Part shown: one piece after another, positions 39,203 through 47,607 of the stretch | How the letters are laid out: each line of letters opens with the position of its first letter | How positions within the stretch are numbered: the stretch's first letter is position 1 | Virus record (IMG/VR): IMGVR_UViG_3300036770_004568 | Coordinates: 1 to 64,000 of that record | Length of the DNA: 64,000 nt | Direction: 5' to 3' (one strand) | From: a virus | Position numbers and translations under genes: made by a program | Notes under the pieces: model-generated | Database searches by the model: none | The model's input: the letters and a program-made list of their open reading frames with translations, nothing else | What the model was told of the DNA's origin: nothing

Positions 39203-40666
39203 TTGACTACTCCCTGCGCTAAAGCACAAGGATTCTCATAAGAGATTTCAACGATCATGATATTGTGGTAATAACCACAGCCTCATGCGTTGGGGCGAAG
39301 TCAAAGCGCCCCTAGCTGGTTTGCATTGCATTCCAGGTACATTGGCTTTACGACCAATGTTGTAAGCACCATTGCAGTCAGCATTGATGACTTCACCATT
39401 GGCGGCTTTGTAGAGACCACGAGTAATACGTCGTCCTGATGGTTTCCAACACTCGGGTTTTTCACCGTATACGGGAATCACATCAAGATCTAAGGCTGAT
39501 GCCTTAGACGTATAACTTTCTTCCTGCTCAATGAACAGGATCCCATAGAGCTCACAAAGCTCCATGACTCGTCGTTTAAGACGAGCCGTGGGAATCTGTA
39601 CAAACTTCTGGTTGTTTTTCTTGCCTAGATTAACAGACTGCTTTTGTCCTTTGTTCCAGCCAAACACAACTGTGCCAATCTTATGATCAAGACAGTATTG
39701 AATCACTAGTCGGGCTGCTTTGTTGACAGCGTCACGCATTTGACGGTTACGTTTAGTTGTGACACGATCAAGCAACTTAGACCAAGATCCATGAGGTTTA
39801 GACTCCTTGAGAATACTGACGCGTTTGTTGTACCACTGATTCAGTGATTTCAGATGCCTACCATCAATGATGAATGAATGACCCATGGTTGATGCACAGG
39901 TCAACCAGTTATCAATGCCATGATCAATTGCTAATGCATGTGATTGATCAAGATCTAGTGCAGATTGCTGTGCAGACTTACTGATCCATACTGCATCAAA
40001 GTAATCAGCCCGTGGGACAATTTGTAGTTCGCGGATACTGTCCCAATTTAGATTGGATGGGAAAGGAATGTAAATTTCTGGAAGTCCAAACCAGACTTTG
40101 CAATAGCGTCCGAGAGGAACTCGGACTTGGTTGTTTGTTAGCTTGAGCCAACGCTTAGGATAAATAACTTGGTACATACCGCCTGACTTACGGTATTTTG
40201 GCAGCTTAGGTTCATCAGGAAGCTGTCCTGTCTTCCATAGTTTTTCTAAAGCTCTATACGATTTAAATGATTCACCAACGCTGATACAAGTCTGTTGTGC
40301 AGAACTATTGAAGACAGACTTCATGTGAATATTGTCTTTCATCAATGTTGAAAGACGCTGTCCATTTGTAATTTGTGCAAGCGTTAGCTGACGTTTATTA
40401 GGTTTTGACTTAAAGTAAAGCTGTCTAGCAAGATAAACAGTACAGTTATACAGCTTATTGGATTCGCTGCATAAATATTGCAATACCGCCTTCAGTGACG
40501 GGTCACAGGGCAGCCGGTTGATCTGAGCGACGTATTGCTGAGCCATGGCACCAGTATACTAGGCATAGCAGGCATGACGTCAGCTAAAAAGTCTCAGATA
40601 CTAGGCTACTGAAGCGCTTTTCCTCCCCGCCCTAAAGATCGGGGCTACCAAGCTCAACTTAATCAG
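39203..40666 (-). mobile_element. non-autonomous IS200/IS605 element (tnpB only, IS1341-like), about 1464 bp
   Basis: Right end GAAT-hairpin(CTTTAG loop)-GTAG-TCAA as in IS608; left end GTAG-CCCCG..CTTTAG..CGGGG hairpin; no tnpA; left boundary inferred from the guide/cleavage pairing rule. Confidence 0.85.
39248..40546 (-). CDS. tnpB: RNA-guided endonuclease TnpB
   Basis: SNKLYN, AQQ, RuvC-I AIDHG, shifted RuvC-II EESYTSK, RuvC-III NADCNGAYNI. Confidence 0.95.
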   Translation of the reverse strand: MAQQYVAQINRLPCDPSLKAVLQYLCSESNKLYNCTVYLARQLYFKSKPNKRQLTLAQITNGQRLSTLMKDNIHMKSVFNSSAQQTCISVGESFKSYRALEKLWKTGQLPDEPKLPKYRKSGGMYQVIYPKRWLKLTNNQVRVPLGRYCKVWFGLPEIYIPFPSNLNWDSIRELQIVPRADYFDAVWISKSAQQSALDLDQSHALAIDHGIDNWLTCASTMGHSFIIDGRHLKSLNQWYNKRVSILKESKPHGSWSKLLDRVTTKRNRQMRDAVNKAARLVIQYCLDHKIGTVVFGWNKGQKQSVNLGKKNNQKFVQIPTARLKRRVMELCELYGILFIEQEESYTSKASALDLDVIPVYGEKPECWKPSGRRITRGLYKAANGEVINADCNGAYNIGRKANVPGMQCKPARGALTSPQRMRLWLLPQYHDR

Positions 40667-41500
40667 GTGTAGTGTGGTAGCTTGGTAAAGGCCTATCGAA
40701 TGAAAAAGTTTTCCACAGGTTTATGGCTTGTCTCAGTGAGACTCGGTGAGATTAGGGGCTCTAAGTCAAACTCATAACGAGTATGAGTTGGGAATGGTAG
40801 CAATGTGATACAAAAATAAGGGTGAGAAAACGAAGGACTTTGGAAAGGCGCTACATTGGTACGTGTAGTCAGCTGCGTAGTAGTGCGTAGAAATGGGGTA
40901 ATTATGGTAGCAACGGTAACAAAGTGGTACTGAATTAATCAAAGTTGTTGTTCGTCTTGGATTGATAAGTACAGCTTGTGGATGTTACGTGAGACCGAAA
41001 AACGGTATCACTGCGATACGGAAAAGGCCTCGGACCAGGGGTGTTTTGGTATCGCATTGATACAGAGCTGGGACGAGGAGTTTACAGTCTCAGATGAGAC
41101 TCATAGTGGTAACGGATAAAAACGACAAAAATCGACTGAACGAGTGATTTCATTTGGTCTACCTAAAATATGGCAAAGTGTTCTTTCGCATGCGTGGTGG
41201 TGGCCAAGGGGGGTAGGGGGTTCAGGGCGTACCCCGGCAGGAACACTTTGCCACATTTCTGGGGAACTAATTAAAATTCCGTTCCGGTTGTTTTTCGTCG
41301 TTTTTTTTCGCGATGACCCCTGTTTTGGTATAGCTGTGTTACATTCAGGCCCTCAAACCTGTATCAACCACTACAAAAATCACTACAGCACTACACGTAC
41401 TCAGTCGCCGTTGAGTGCATGTACTCGTGTATTTCAGCACTGCTGATGCCTTAGTACTTGTACTCAACACCCTATATTTCTACTTTTCCAAAAGCTTGCT
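40667..41500. other. large palindrome-rich non-coding region (candidate replication origin or packaging/terminus site)
   Basis: Nested inverted repeats centred near 41212, G-rich to C-rich switch, divergent flanking genes. Confidence 0.5.
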
Positions 41501-41528
41501 AGCATTTAGTGACCAGTCACTAGGAGCA

Positions 41529-42176
41529 ATGGCCAGGACACTCAAGGGTGCCGATCATCGCAGGGGGAAGATCGAAGAGTTCTTGACGATGGTCTGTCTT
41601 CCAGACAGGATTGACCGTTTTACCTACAAGGGTTATCCCTGTCCGAAAGGTCACATGCTTCGGCATCGCCACCATCACTGGTGTGTTCAGTGCGTTTCCA
41701 ATATTGTCAACAACAAATGCGGTATGGATGTCAATCTCACTGACATCTCTCATGCATCGTTCTATAGTCACTTTTTTCAGTGCGTTCAACCGCCACGCGG
41801 CTTTGATGAATGCTGGCTGATGTCAGAAGACTTTCTGGCCATTAAAGACCGCAACTATCCACGACTGACGGCACTGACCTATCGCACAGGACTGGCAGGT
41901 GTTAGCAACACCATCTCACTCACAAAGTTTGTCTATAACTACTTCTGGGGTGACGTAGGTGCATTGGTAGTTACTAGGACATGCAAGAACCCTGCCTGTT
42001 GGAATCCACTGCACATGAAGTCATGCTTCAACATGGCCAAGAGTCCAACATCAGTTGATCCTTTGCAGCTCAAGTATGACTCTGTCAAGAACATGCTCAA
42101 TCACATGAAGCCGCGTTCTTTTGAGAGCGAAAAAGTTTTGTCTCCCGATCTTGCTGCTCGTCTTGCTGGACTCTGA
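41529..42176 (+). CDS. Zn-binding His-Cys/HNH_3-like protein, catalytic His absent
   Basis: CPKGH..WCxxC, ECW, FWGDVG..VVTRTCKNPACWNPLH; AGGAG before ATG 41529. Confidence 0.7.
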   Translation: MARTLKGADHRRGKIEEFLTMVCLPDRIDRFTYKGYPCPKGHMLRHRHHHWCVQCVSNIVNNKCGMDVNLTDISHASFYSHFFQCVQPPRGFDECWLMSEDFLAIKDRNYPRLTALTYRTGLAGVSNTISLTKFVYNYFWGDVGALVVTRTCKNPACWNPLHMKSCFNMAKSPTSVDPLQLKYDSVKNMLNHMKPRSFESEKVLSPDLAARLAGL

Positions 42177-42178
42177 TC

Positions 42179-42883
42179 ATGCCACGCGTTAAGTACACGG
42201 ACAATCTGCATCTCTCTACAATTCAGCATCTGCACATTGCAATTCTCAAGCCTGATCTGATTGACGAGTTGTTCTATGTCGGCCAGGTCTGTCCCCTTGG
42301 TCATCGCTACCGCCATAGGCAACTGCACTGGTGTTTGAACTGCGGACTCAAGGCCTATGGCAACCGGCCTCAAGCGGACCTCAACATGGTGGTCAAGGAG
42401 CACCGCACGTACTTCATGAACGTGTTTGCGAACCTCCCCACGGATCAGCCCCTCGATCAATGCTGGGAGCTGCCTGAGGGCGTCCGCAAGCCCGGCAAGA
42501 TGCAGCACTACTCCTATCTGACCTACCGCACCCCTCAGCTTAAGCGGGCCGTCTCTGTGCCCCTACCACGGCTGGTGTATTCCCTGTTCTGGGGCGAGGT
42601 GGGTGCCGTCACGGTTGTCTCGACGTGCAACAACCCGATCTGCTGGAATCCCTTGCATGTACGCAGCCGCTTCAATGTCAAACCCACGCCCAAGGAGCTG
42701 GGGCAAATCATCTTGACCCCTGATCCATGGCGAGTGATGCAGTTTGAGAAACGCCCCATGACCTTGGAGAAGGAACGCTCTCCATCCATTGCGATCATCA
42801 AACCACCCGTGATGAACAAGGAGGTTGAGCCCGGATCACCATTCCGTCCCCTGGAAAGCCAATACATCCCTAAATTAGAATAG
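42179..42883 (+). CDS. tandem paralog of 41529 (His-Cys/HNH_3-like, catalytic His absent)
   Basis: CPLGH..WCxxC, QCW, FWGEVG..VVSTCNNPICWNPLH. Confidence 0.7.
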   Translation: MPRVKYTDNLHLSTIQHLHIAILKPDLIDELFYVGQVCPLGHRYRHRQLHWCLNCGLKAYGNRPQADLNMVVKEHRTYFMNVFANLPTDQPLDQCWELPEGVRKPGKMQHYSYLTYRTPQLKRAVSVPLPRLVYSLFWGEVGAVTVVSTCNNPICWNPLHVRSRFNVKPTPKELGQIILTPDPWRVMQFEKRPMTLEKERSPSIAIIKPPVMNKEVEPGSPFRPLESQYIPKLE

Positions 42884-42903
42884 AGGGACTAGAAAGATAT
42901 GGC

Positions 42904-43668
42904 ATGACACAACGTAGCCGCAGTTACCACGATCCCCTGGACCTCGGTCTTTATGATCGAACATCCATTCGCTACATCAAGGGTCGGATTGGTGCTGAGA
43001 ACAAAGGGCAGACGGCATTTCGCTGTACCAATGACGGTGCTTCCAATGCTTTTCAGAACGTCTGGTTCAAGGTGACGATCACGGACCCCGGCTATCTCAT
43101 CTTTCTCAAGGATGACAACAGGGATAAGCGATTTTATTCCGTCAATGTCTATACGGCTGATTCTGAGCGGCGTCAATTGGCCTACCCCATGCTCACCGGT
43201 GATGTCTGTAGGAAGTTCGATAACATGGTAGCTGGCTTCTCATCGGATCTCTACAACATCTCTGATCAACGCCCAGAGTTAAGGGACCGGAACCGCACAT
43301 CCCTATTTCCCTTGCCCAAGGGTTCCTATGTCATCAACATCTCGACCCAGCGCTGGGACATGTTTCGTTATGGCGTCTACATGATTCTGGAGATGCCCAC
43401 GCAGACCGGCTATCTGGAACTGGAAACTGAGACCAACAGCATGCGTGAGTTTGCTTTGCAAGAAGCCACAACCCAAAATGTTCCAAAGTTCTTCTTGCTT
43501 GAGGATGCTGTGGTGGGTGTTCTGCAGCCGGTGCGGGAGCGCAGTGACCATGACGAGCGGGAATTGCGTGGTGCTTGGCGCGAGTCGTTTAAGGATGTGC
43601 CTTTCCCGAAGGAGATTCAAGATTACATTCGTGCCACCCAAGTTCCCGCTTCAGCTTGTTTCAACTGA
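42904..43668 (+). CDS. hypothetical protein
   Basis: 254-aa ORF; TAGAAT 22 nt upstream. Confidence 0.75.
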   Translation: MTQRSRSYHDPLDLGLYDRTSIRYIKGRIGAENKGQTAFRCTNDGASNAFQNVWFKVTITDPGYLIFLKDDNRDKRFYSVNVYTADSERRQLAYPMLTGDVCRKFDNMVAGFSSDLYNISDQRPELRDRNRTSLFPLPKGSYVINISTQRWDMFRYGVYMILEMPTQTGYLELETETNSMREFALQEATTQNVPKFFLLEDAVVGVLQPVRERSDHDERELRGAWRESFKDVPFPKEIQDYIRATQVPASACFN

Positions 43669-43690
43669 TTGACCATTGCTATACTTGATA

Positions 43691-43772
43691 AGCGGAGTGG
43701 AGAAGTAGGATCTCGGGGACAACTAGATCACATCGGTCCCAGTCGCTGGTGCAAATCCAGCCTCCGCGTCCA
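43691..43772 (+). ncRNA. tRNA-like RNA with 15-nt anticodon loop
   Basis: AGCGGAG/CTCCGCG acceptor (1:72 mismatch), GAGA/TCTC D stem, GGGAC/GTCCC stem with loop AACTAGATCACATCG, GCTGG-TGCAAAT-CCAGC T arm, T-CCA end. Confidence 0.8.
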
Positions 43773-43777
43773 ATCAA

Positions 43778-43849
43778 CCAGATGTAGGTCAGCGGTAGAC
43801 GGCTTGCTTTGGGAGCAAGAGGACGTTGGTTCGATCCCAACCATCTGGA
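43778..43849 (+). tRNA. tRNA-Pro(TGG)
   Basis: CCAGATG/CATCTGG, CTTGC-TT TGG GA-GCAAG, GGTTCGATCCC. Confidence 0.92.
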
Positions 43850-43868
43850 TTCGATAGACTTTAGGGAT

Positions 43869-43941
43869 GCCGGATTAGCTCAGTGGTAGCAGCGCTACTC
43901 TTGTAAAGTAGATGTCATCGGTTCGAATCCGATATCCGGCT
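43869..43941 (+). tRNA. tRNA-Thr(TGT)
   Basis: GCCGGAT/ATCCGGC, CTACT-CT TGT AA-AGTAG, GGTTCGAATCC. Confidence 0.95.
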
Positions 43942-43963
43942 TGCAGCTCCAATACATGCTTAC

Positions 43964-44488
43964 ATGTCCCTCTACCTAACATCCGATCTGCATTTTGGTC
44001 ACAGCAAGGTCCTGGAGTTCACTGGACCGGATGGTCAGCGCATCCGTCCGTTTGCATCGGTAGAGGAGATGCATGAGGTGATCATCGAGAACTACAACAA
44101 GGTGGTTAAACCCCAAGACACGTGTTACATCTTGGGTGATGTCGCCATTCCCAGATCTGGTCTTCAGCAGCTTGCAAGACTCAATGGTCGCAAGATTCTG
44201 ATCCACGGCAATCACGACACCTACAAGACACAAGATTATCTCAAGTACTTTGATCAGATTCGTGGTGTCGGCTTTAAAGATCGCATTTTCTTCACTCATA
44301 TCCCTGTGCACCCTGACACGTTCAGGGGCGGATCCATTCGTGGCAATGTGCACGGCCACTTGCACATCCATCGGGTAATAGATGGGGATGTCCTCGATCC
44401 ACGCTATTTCAGCGTGTGTCTGGAGGTGAATGACTTTACGCCCGTGTCATGGGATGTGGTCCGCCAGCACTTTGGCTTGGATGAGTAG
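43964..44488 (+). CDS. calcineurin-like metallophosphoesterase
   Basis: SDLHFGH, LGDV, GNHD, THIP, HGHLH. Confidence 0.92.
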   Translation: MSLYLTSDLHFGHSKVLEFTGPDGQRIRPFASVEEMHEVIIENYNKVVKPQDTCYILGDVAIPRSGLQQLARLNGRKILIHGNHDTYKTQDYLKYFDQIRGVGFKDRIFFTHIPVHPDTFRGGSIRGNVHGHLHIHRVIDGDVLDPRYFSVCLEVNDFTPVSWDVVRQHFGLDE

Positions 44489-44541
44489 TCCAAAGCTAAA
44501 ACTAGTATCCATTAGAATGGTTGCAAGGTAATTGAAGCGCG

Positions 44542-45159
44542 ATGTATTCACCAGCTCCTGGCGTGGCGGCCTATCCCGTTCCTGTGATGGAACCCCAGTC
44601 CCAGCACTTTGCTGCTCCCATTGTCGATCCCAGTGGTCAACCCATCGGTCAGATCGAAGTGCATAAGGAGACTGTGCCTGTCATTGGCATTGAGGACCCA
44701 GAGGAGGATCTCAAGGAAGCCAAGGATGAACTAGCCCGCTACTTACTTTGCGTGACGGCGTTCATCAAGGAACTTGAGACCCAATCCCACCTGGTCCATC
44801 TCAACTTCCAGGGACCGAACTTCCTGAGTGTGCACGGCTATCTCAAGGGGCAGTACGACAAGCACCTGGAGCAGTTCGACCGGGTGGCTGAAGCCCTACG
44901 CACCTTGGACTACTACCTGCCAATGTGTAGCAACGGCCTCAAGGATTGCTGCCGGGACTTCAAGCATTGCACCTCGTATCAAAGCAGTGAGATGCTGGCG
45001 ACCTACCTCTACAACATCGAATCCTGCGGCATGAAGGCCAAGTGCCTAGGCAAGTGTGCTGCTAAGGCATGTGCTCCTGATATTGAGAACCTGGCGGCTG
45101 ATCTGGTGGAAGCCATGTTCCACGACGCCTATCTCATCAAGAGCACACTGCGCAGTTGA
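44542..45159 (+). CDS. Dps/ferritin-like protein
   Basis: HLNFQGPNFLSVH...Y......FDRVAE matches the Dps HWNVxGxxFxxLH...DxxAE pattern. Confidence 0.8.
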   Translation: MYSPAPGVAAYPVPVMEPQSQHFAAPIVDPSGQPIGQIEVHKETVPVIGIEDPEEDLKEAKDELARYLLCVTAFIKELETQSHLVHLNFQGPNFLSVHGYLKGQYDKHLEQFDRVAEALRTLDYYLPMCSNGLKDCCRDFKHCTSYQSSEMLATYLYNIESCGMKAKCLGKCAAKACAPDIENLAADLVEAMFHDAYLIKSTLRS

Positions 45160-45165
45160 CAATCT

Positions 45166-45690
45166 TTATTGAATGGTTGCAGGGGCTTCGGGTAGCAGCA
45201 TCCAGTGAGTTGGTGGATGCTCACGGTCATCAAATTCGTTTTCTTCGTTGACTGAAGCCCAGAACGGATAGGAGAATGTGCAATGCGACTGGTCTTCGTA
45301 CCGACCAGGGGCAATCGACAACCAATCTTGTTTTTGCGTTGGGCGATAGAGCAAGATAATGCGATCCCTTGGTGCGGTTTCTATAGGGTGCCAGTCTGAG
45401 GCACTCGATATTCCAGATTTAAGTCCTGCTGCATACTCTTTCTTGAATGCACGCAGATTCTCGTCAGTTTTCTCCATCGCTTTGCTGACGGCACGCAAGC
45501 ACTGAGGACAGGGTTCTTGAAGCATTCCCTGCTCAATGGCATAGAGCGCGTGATCAACGTTCTGGAACGTCCACTCGTTGCGGTTTAGCATCTTGCCACA
45601 CCATGACTGACTTTCCAGGTCGGCATGTGTGTGGCGGATATGAGGCTGGTAGTCTTGGTCCATCAGTCCGTCCTCCAACGGATTGGTCAT
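45166..45690 (-). CDS. hypothetical protein with DUF551-like C-terminus
   Basis: WHPIETAPRD...PTHWMLLPEAP. Confidence 0.7.
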   Translation of the reverse strand: MTNPLEDGLMDQDYQPHIRHTHADLESQSWCGKMLNRNEWTFQNVDHALYAIEQGMLQEPCPQCLRAVSKAMEKTDENLRAFKKEYAAGLKSGISSASDWHPIETAPRDRIILLYRPTQKQDWLSIAPGRYEDQSHCTFSYPFWASVNEENEFDDREHPPTHWMLLPEAPATIQ

Positions 45691-45746
45691 GGCCTCGGTG
45701 TTGACGCACGCGGGGCCACCCTATTTATAGCACACTGCGCAGCTGA

Positions 45747-46010
45747 TTAGAACTCTTCATTGAGTTCTTTCTGAAGACGCTCACCAAACTCCTCAACCTT
45801 CTCCAGCATGTGGTTGTAGCTAAGGATTCCATCCACACGCCGCAGCACATCAGCAATCTGATAGGTGATGTCAGGAGAGTCTGAGCGCGCCGAGACACTC
45901 ACGGCATTCTTGAGCGAACTCAGGCACTCCTCCAGGGATTCCTTGGTGCGCGGCGAAATGGTGATCTCACCACGGGACGGCGGGTTCATGAACATCAGTT
46001 TGCCCTTCAT
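45747..46010 (-). CDS. hypothetical protein
   Basis: 87-aa ORF with upstream TAGACT. Confidence 0.65.
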   Translation of the reverse strand: MKGKLMFMNPPSRGEITISPRTKESLEECLSSLKNAVSVSARSDSPDITYQIADVLRRVDGILSYNHMLEKVEEFGERLQKELNEEF

Positions 46011-46082
46011 TGGAATTGCTATCTAGACATATGAGATAGTCTAGATGATGTTCATAGTCTACAAAGATTCGGCCCACCGAAC

Positions 46083-46784
46083 CTAGCGATTCGAGATATC
46101 CAGATACCACCCGCCCGTGCCTTTAACCATCCATCTTGGGTTCCAGTTGGCTTTGGTGTACTCCACACCTTTGCCTTTGGTTTTGCTGATGAGATAGCCG
46201 CCTGTGGTCATGTTGGCTTCCCCATAGGGGTCATGGTGAATCCAGGTCTTGTCCGTGGATCCAATCACCACGGTCCAGTGGCCGCCGCCCGTGGGATTGG
46301 CAGGAGTGCCGTGATGCAACCAACCCACAGGAATAGGACGTCCTTCTTTGAGCAGTCGTTCTAGATCCGCTGCTGTGCCATTGGTACGGAACAGTGCATT
46401 GAGACCGAGGGACTGCAGAGCTTTGACTTGGGCCGTACTGCTGGTGGTGTCGCCGTACTTGGCGCGGACCTGGTTGTATTCATTATCACTTTTGACCTTG
46501 CCGTAGTACATCGCCACCATGGCACAACTGCTGCTGAAACATTCGCGCATCCCCTGGCCTGAGGCATTATCCAGTTGGGTTTGATAGGGAACAATGAGTG
46601 GATTGAGGACAGTCGGCTTGGGTGCTGTAGAGAATTGCTGACGCCATTGAGCTTCTTCTGTTAAAATTGATGGGTCAGCCTTGAGGATTTGGTCGTAGAG
46701 CGACCGCAGGGCAGAGTTTTGGTGTGGCTGGCCCTTGTAGTTTGTCCAGAACTGAAGCCACCGTTCATAGCTCAGTGTTGTCAT
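46083..46784 (-). CDS. C39-like cysteine peptidase (putative endolysin)
   Basis: VPYQTQLDN, ECFSSSCAM, GGHWTVVIG, HDPYG. Confidence 0.88.
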   Translation of the reverse strand: MTTLSYERWLQFWTNYKGQPHQNSALRSLYDQILKADPSILTEEAQWRQQFSTAPKPTVLNPLIVPYQTQLDNASGQGMRECFSSSCAMVAMYYGKVKSDNEYNQVRAKYGDTTSSTAQVKALQSLGLNALFRTNGTAADLERLLKEGRPIPVGWLHHGTPANPTGGGHWTVVIGSTDKTWIHHDPYGEANMTTGGYLISKTKGKGVEYTKANWNPRWMVKGTGGWYLDISNR

Positions 46785-46842
46785 AACTCAATTCCATCGA
46801 TATTCCTGTTTCTCTATTCTAATCTTCACCACTTACCGACCC

Positions 46843-47127
46843 ATGTCTGTTATCTATGACGAAATCTTCTTAACAGAAGACGAATTTACTGAACAATTTG
46901 ACGAGATCATTGAATCCATTAACGAGTCCACAAAGACAGTGTGGATCATTGATCACAAGGTTGCACTGATCCCTTGTCACCTCTACGAGGAATTAACCTC
47001 GATTACTCTAGAGTTAAACCTAGGGGATGACAATGGAACTGAAGGAGCACAAGCATCAGTACATCAACATGATCATTCGGAGCATTCTTGCTCTGTATGC
47101 AATCTGGACAGCAACGCTGATTGCTGA
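46843..47127 (+). CDS. hypothetical protein, N-terminus resembles Phd/YefM
   Basis: EFTEQFDEIIESI..TVWII...ALIP..Y. Confidence 0.45.
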   Translation: MSVIYDEIFLTEDEFTEQFDEIIESINESTKTVWIIDHKVALIPCHLYEELTSITLELNLGDDNGTEGAQASVHQHDHSEHSCSVCNLDSNADC

Positions 47128-47257
47128 ACTCGGTTACTGCACCTACAAGACACCAACGCAGTGCGAGACCCAACGCGCTGAGCTTGGTCGTGCTGTGACG
47201 ATTATCCCTACCACGCTGTTGGCCTGGCTAGCGGATTCTCCTGTGCAGATGAAATAA
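47027..47257 (+). CDS. small membrane protein (holin candidate)
   Basis: Two hydrophobic segments; lies between two lysins. Confidence 0.55.
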   Translation: MTMELKEHKHQYINMIIRSILALYAIWTATLIAELGYCTYKTPTQCETQRAELGRAVTIIPTTLLAWLADSPVQMK

Positions 47258-47289
47258 CGATTTAGAATAGATCGTATGTAGGTGAAGTT

Positions 47290-47607
47290 ATGCACTGGAT
47301 CTTTGATATCTCCCTGGCTTTTCTGGTGATTGGTTTGACCGAAGCCATTGTCAAACCGATTGCCAAGGGATTGGTTGAACGTCAACTGCGCAAGATATTG
47401 CCTGTTGCTATGGAGTATTTGGATCTCAGCATGCCTGAGATGATTTTTCAGTACACAGGTGAGCAGATGAATACCGCACTGAAGATGAAACTGGAAGATG
47501 TGCTGGGCCGCTCCATCTCCCAAGATGAACTGGATTTTGTCTTCAAAACGTATGATCCTCGGATTTCATCTGATTATCACCATGAAATTGGGAGCCAGAG
47601 CCAGTGA
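47290..47607 (+). CDS. membrane-anchored hypothetical protein
   Basis: N-terminal TM; coupled to the lysozyme gene. Confidence 0.65.
   Translation: MHWIFDISLAFLVIGLTEAIVKPIAKGLVERQLRKILPVAMEYLDLSMPEMIFQYTGEQMNTALKMKLEDVLGRSISQDELDFVFKTYDPRISSDYHHEIGSQSQ

Larger units (their letters stand above)
39149..40720. repeat. 16-bp inverted repeat pair (39149-39164 / 40705-40720) bracketing the IS element
   Basis: ACCTGTGGAATACTTT vs reverse complement ACCTGTGGAAAACTTT, 15/16 identical. Confidence 0.75.

Noticed and set aside
40654-40657. TTGA as the TnpB TAM and left end
   Set aside because: Too close to the left hairpin and inconsistent with the GTAG guide; ACAC fits the pairing rule and restores sequence continuity
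41005-41063. NtcA boxes
   Set aside because: Spacing is GTA-N9-TAC, not GTA-N8-TAC
41144-41446. 100-aa ORF in the non-coding hub
   Set aside because: Runs across palindromes and homopolymer tracts; composition is not protein-like
43691-43772. Amber suppressor (CTA), tRNA-fMet (CAT), intron-containing tRNA or tmRNA
   Set aside because: Neither triplet sits in a 7-nt loop after U33; 8 extra nt is too short for a self-splicing intron; no G3:U70 pair or tag ORF; TAG is used as a normal stop in this window
43669-43857. 62-aa ORF
   Set aside because: Overlaps the tRNA-like gene and tRNA-Pro
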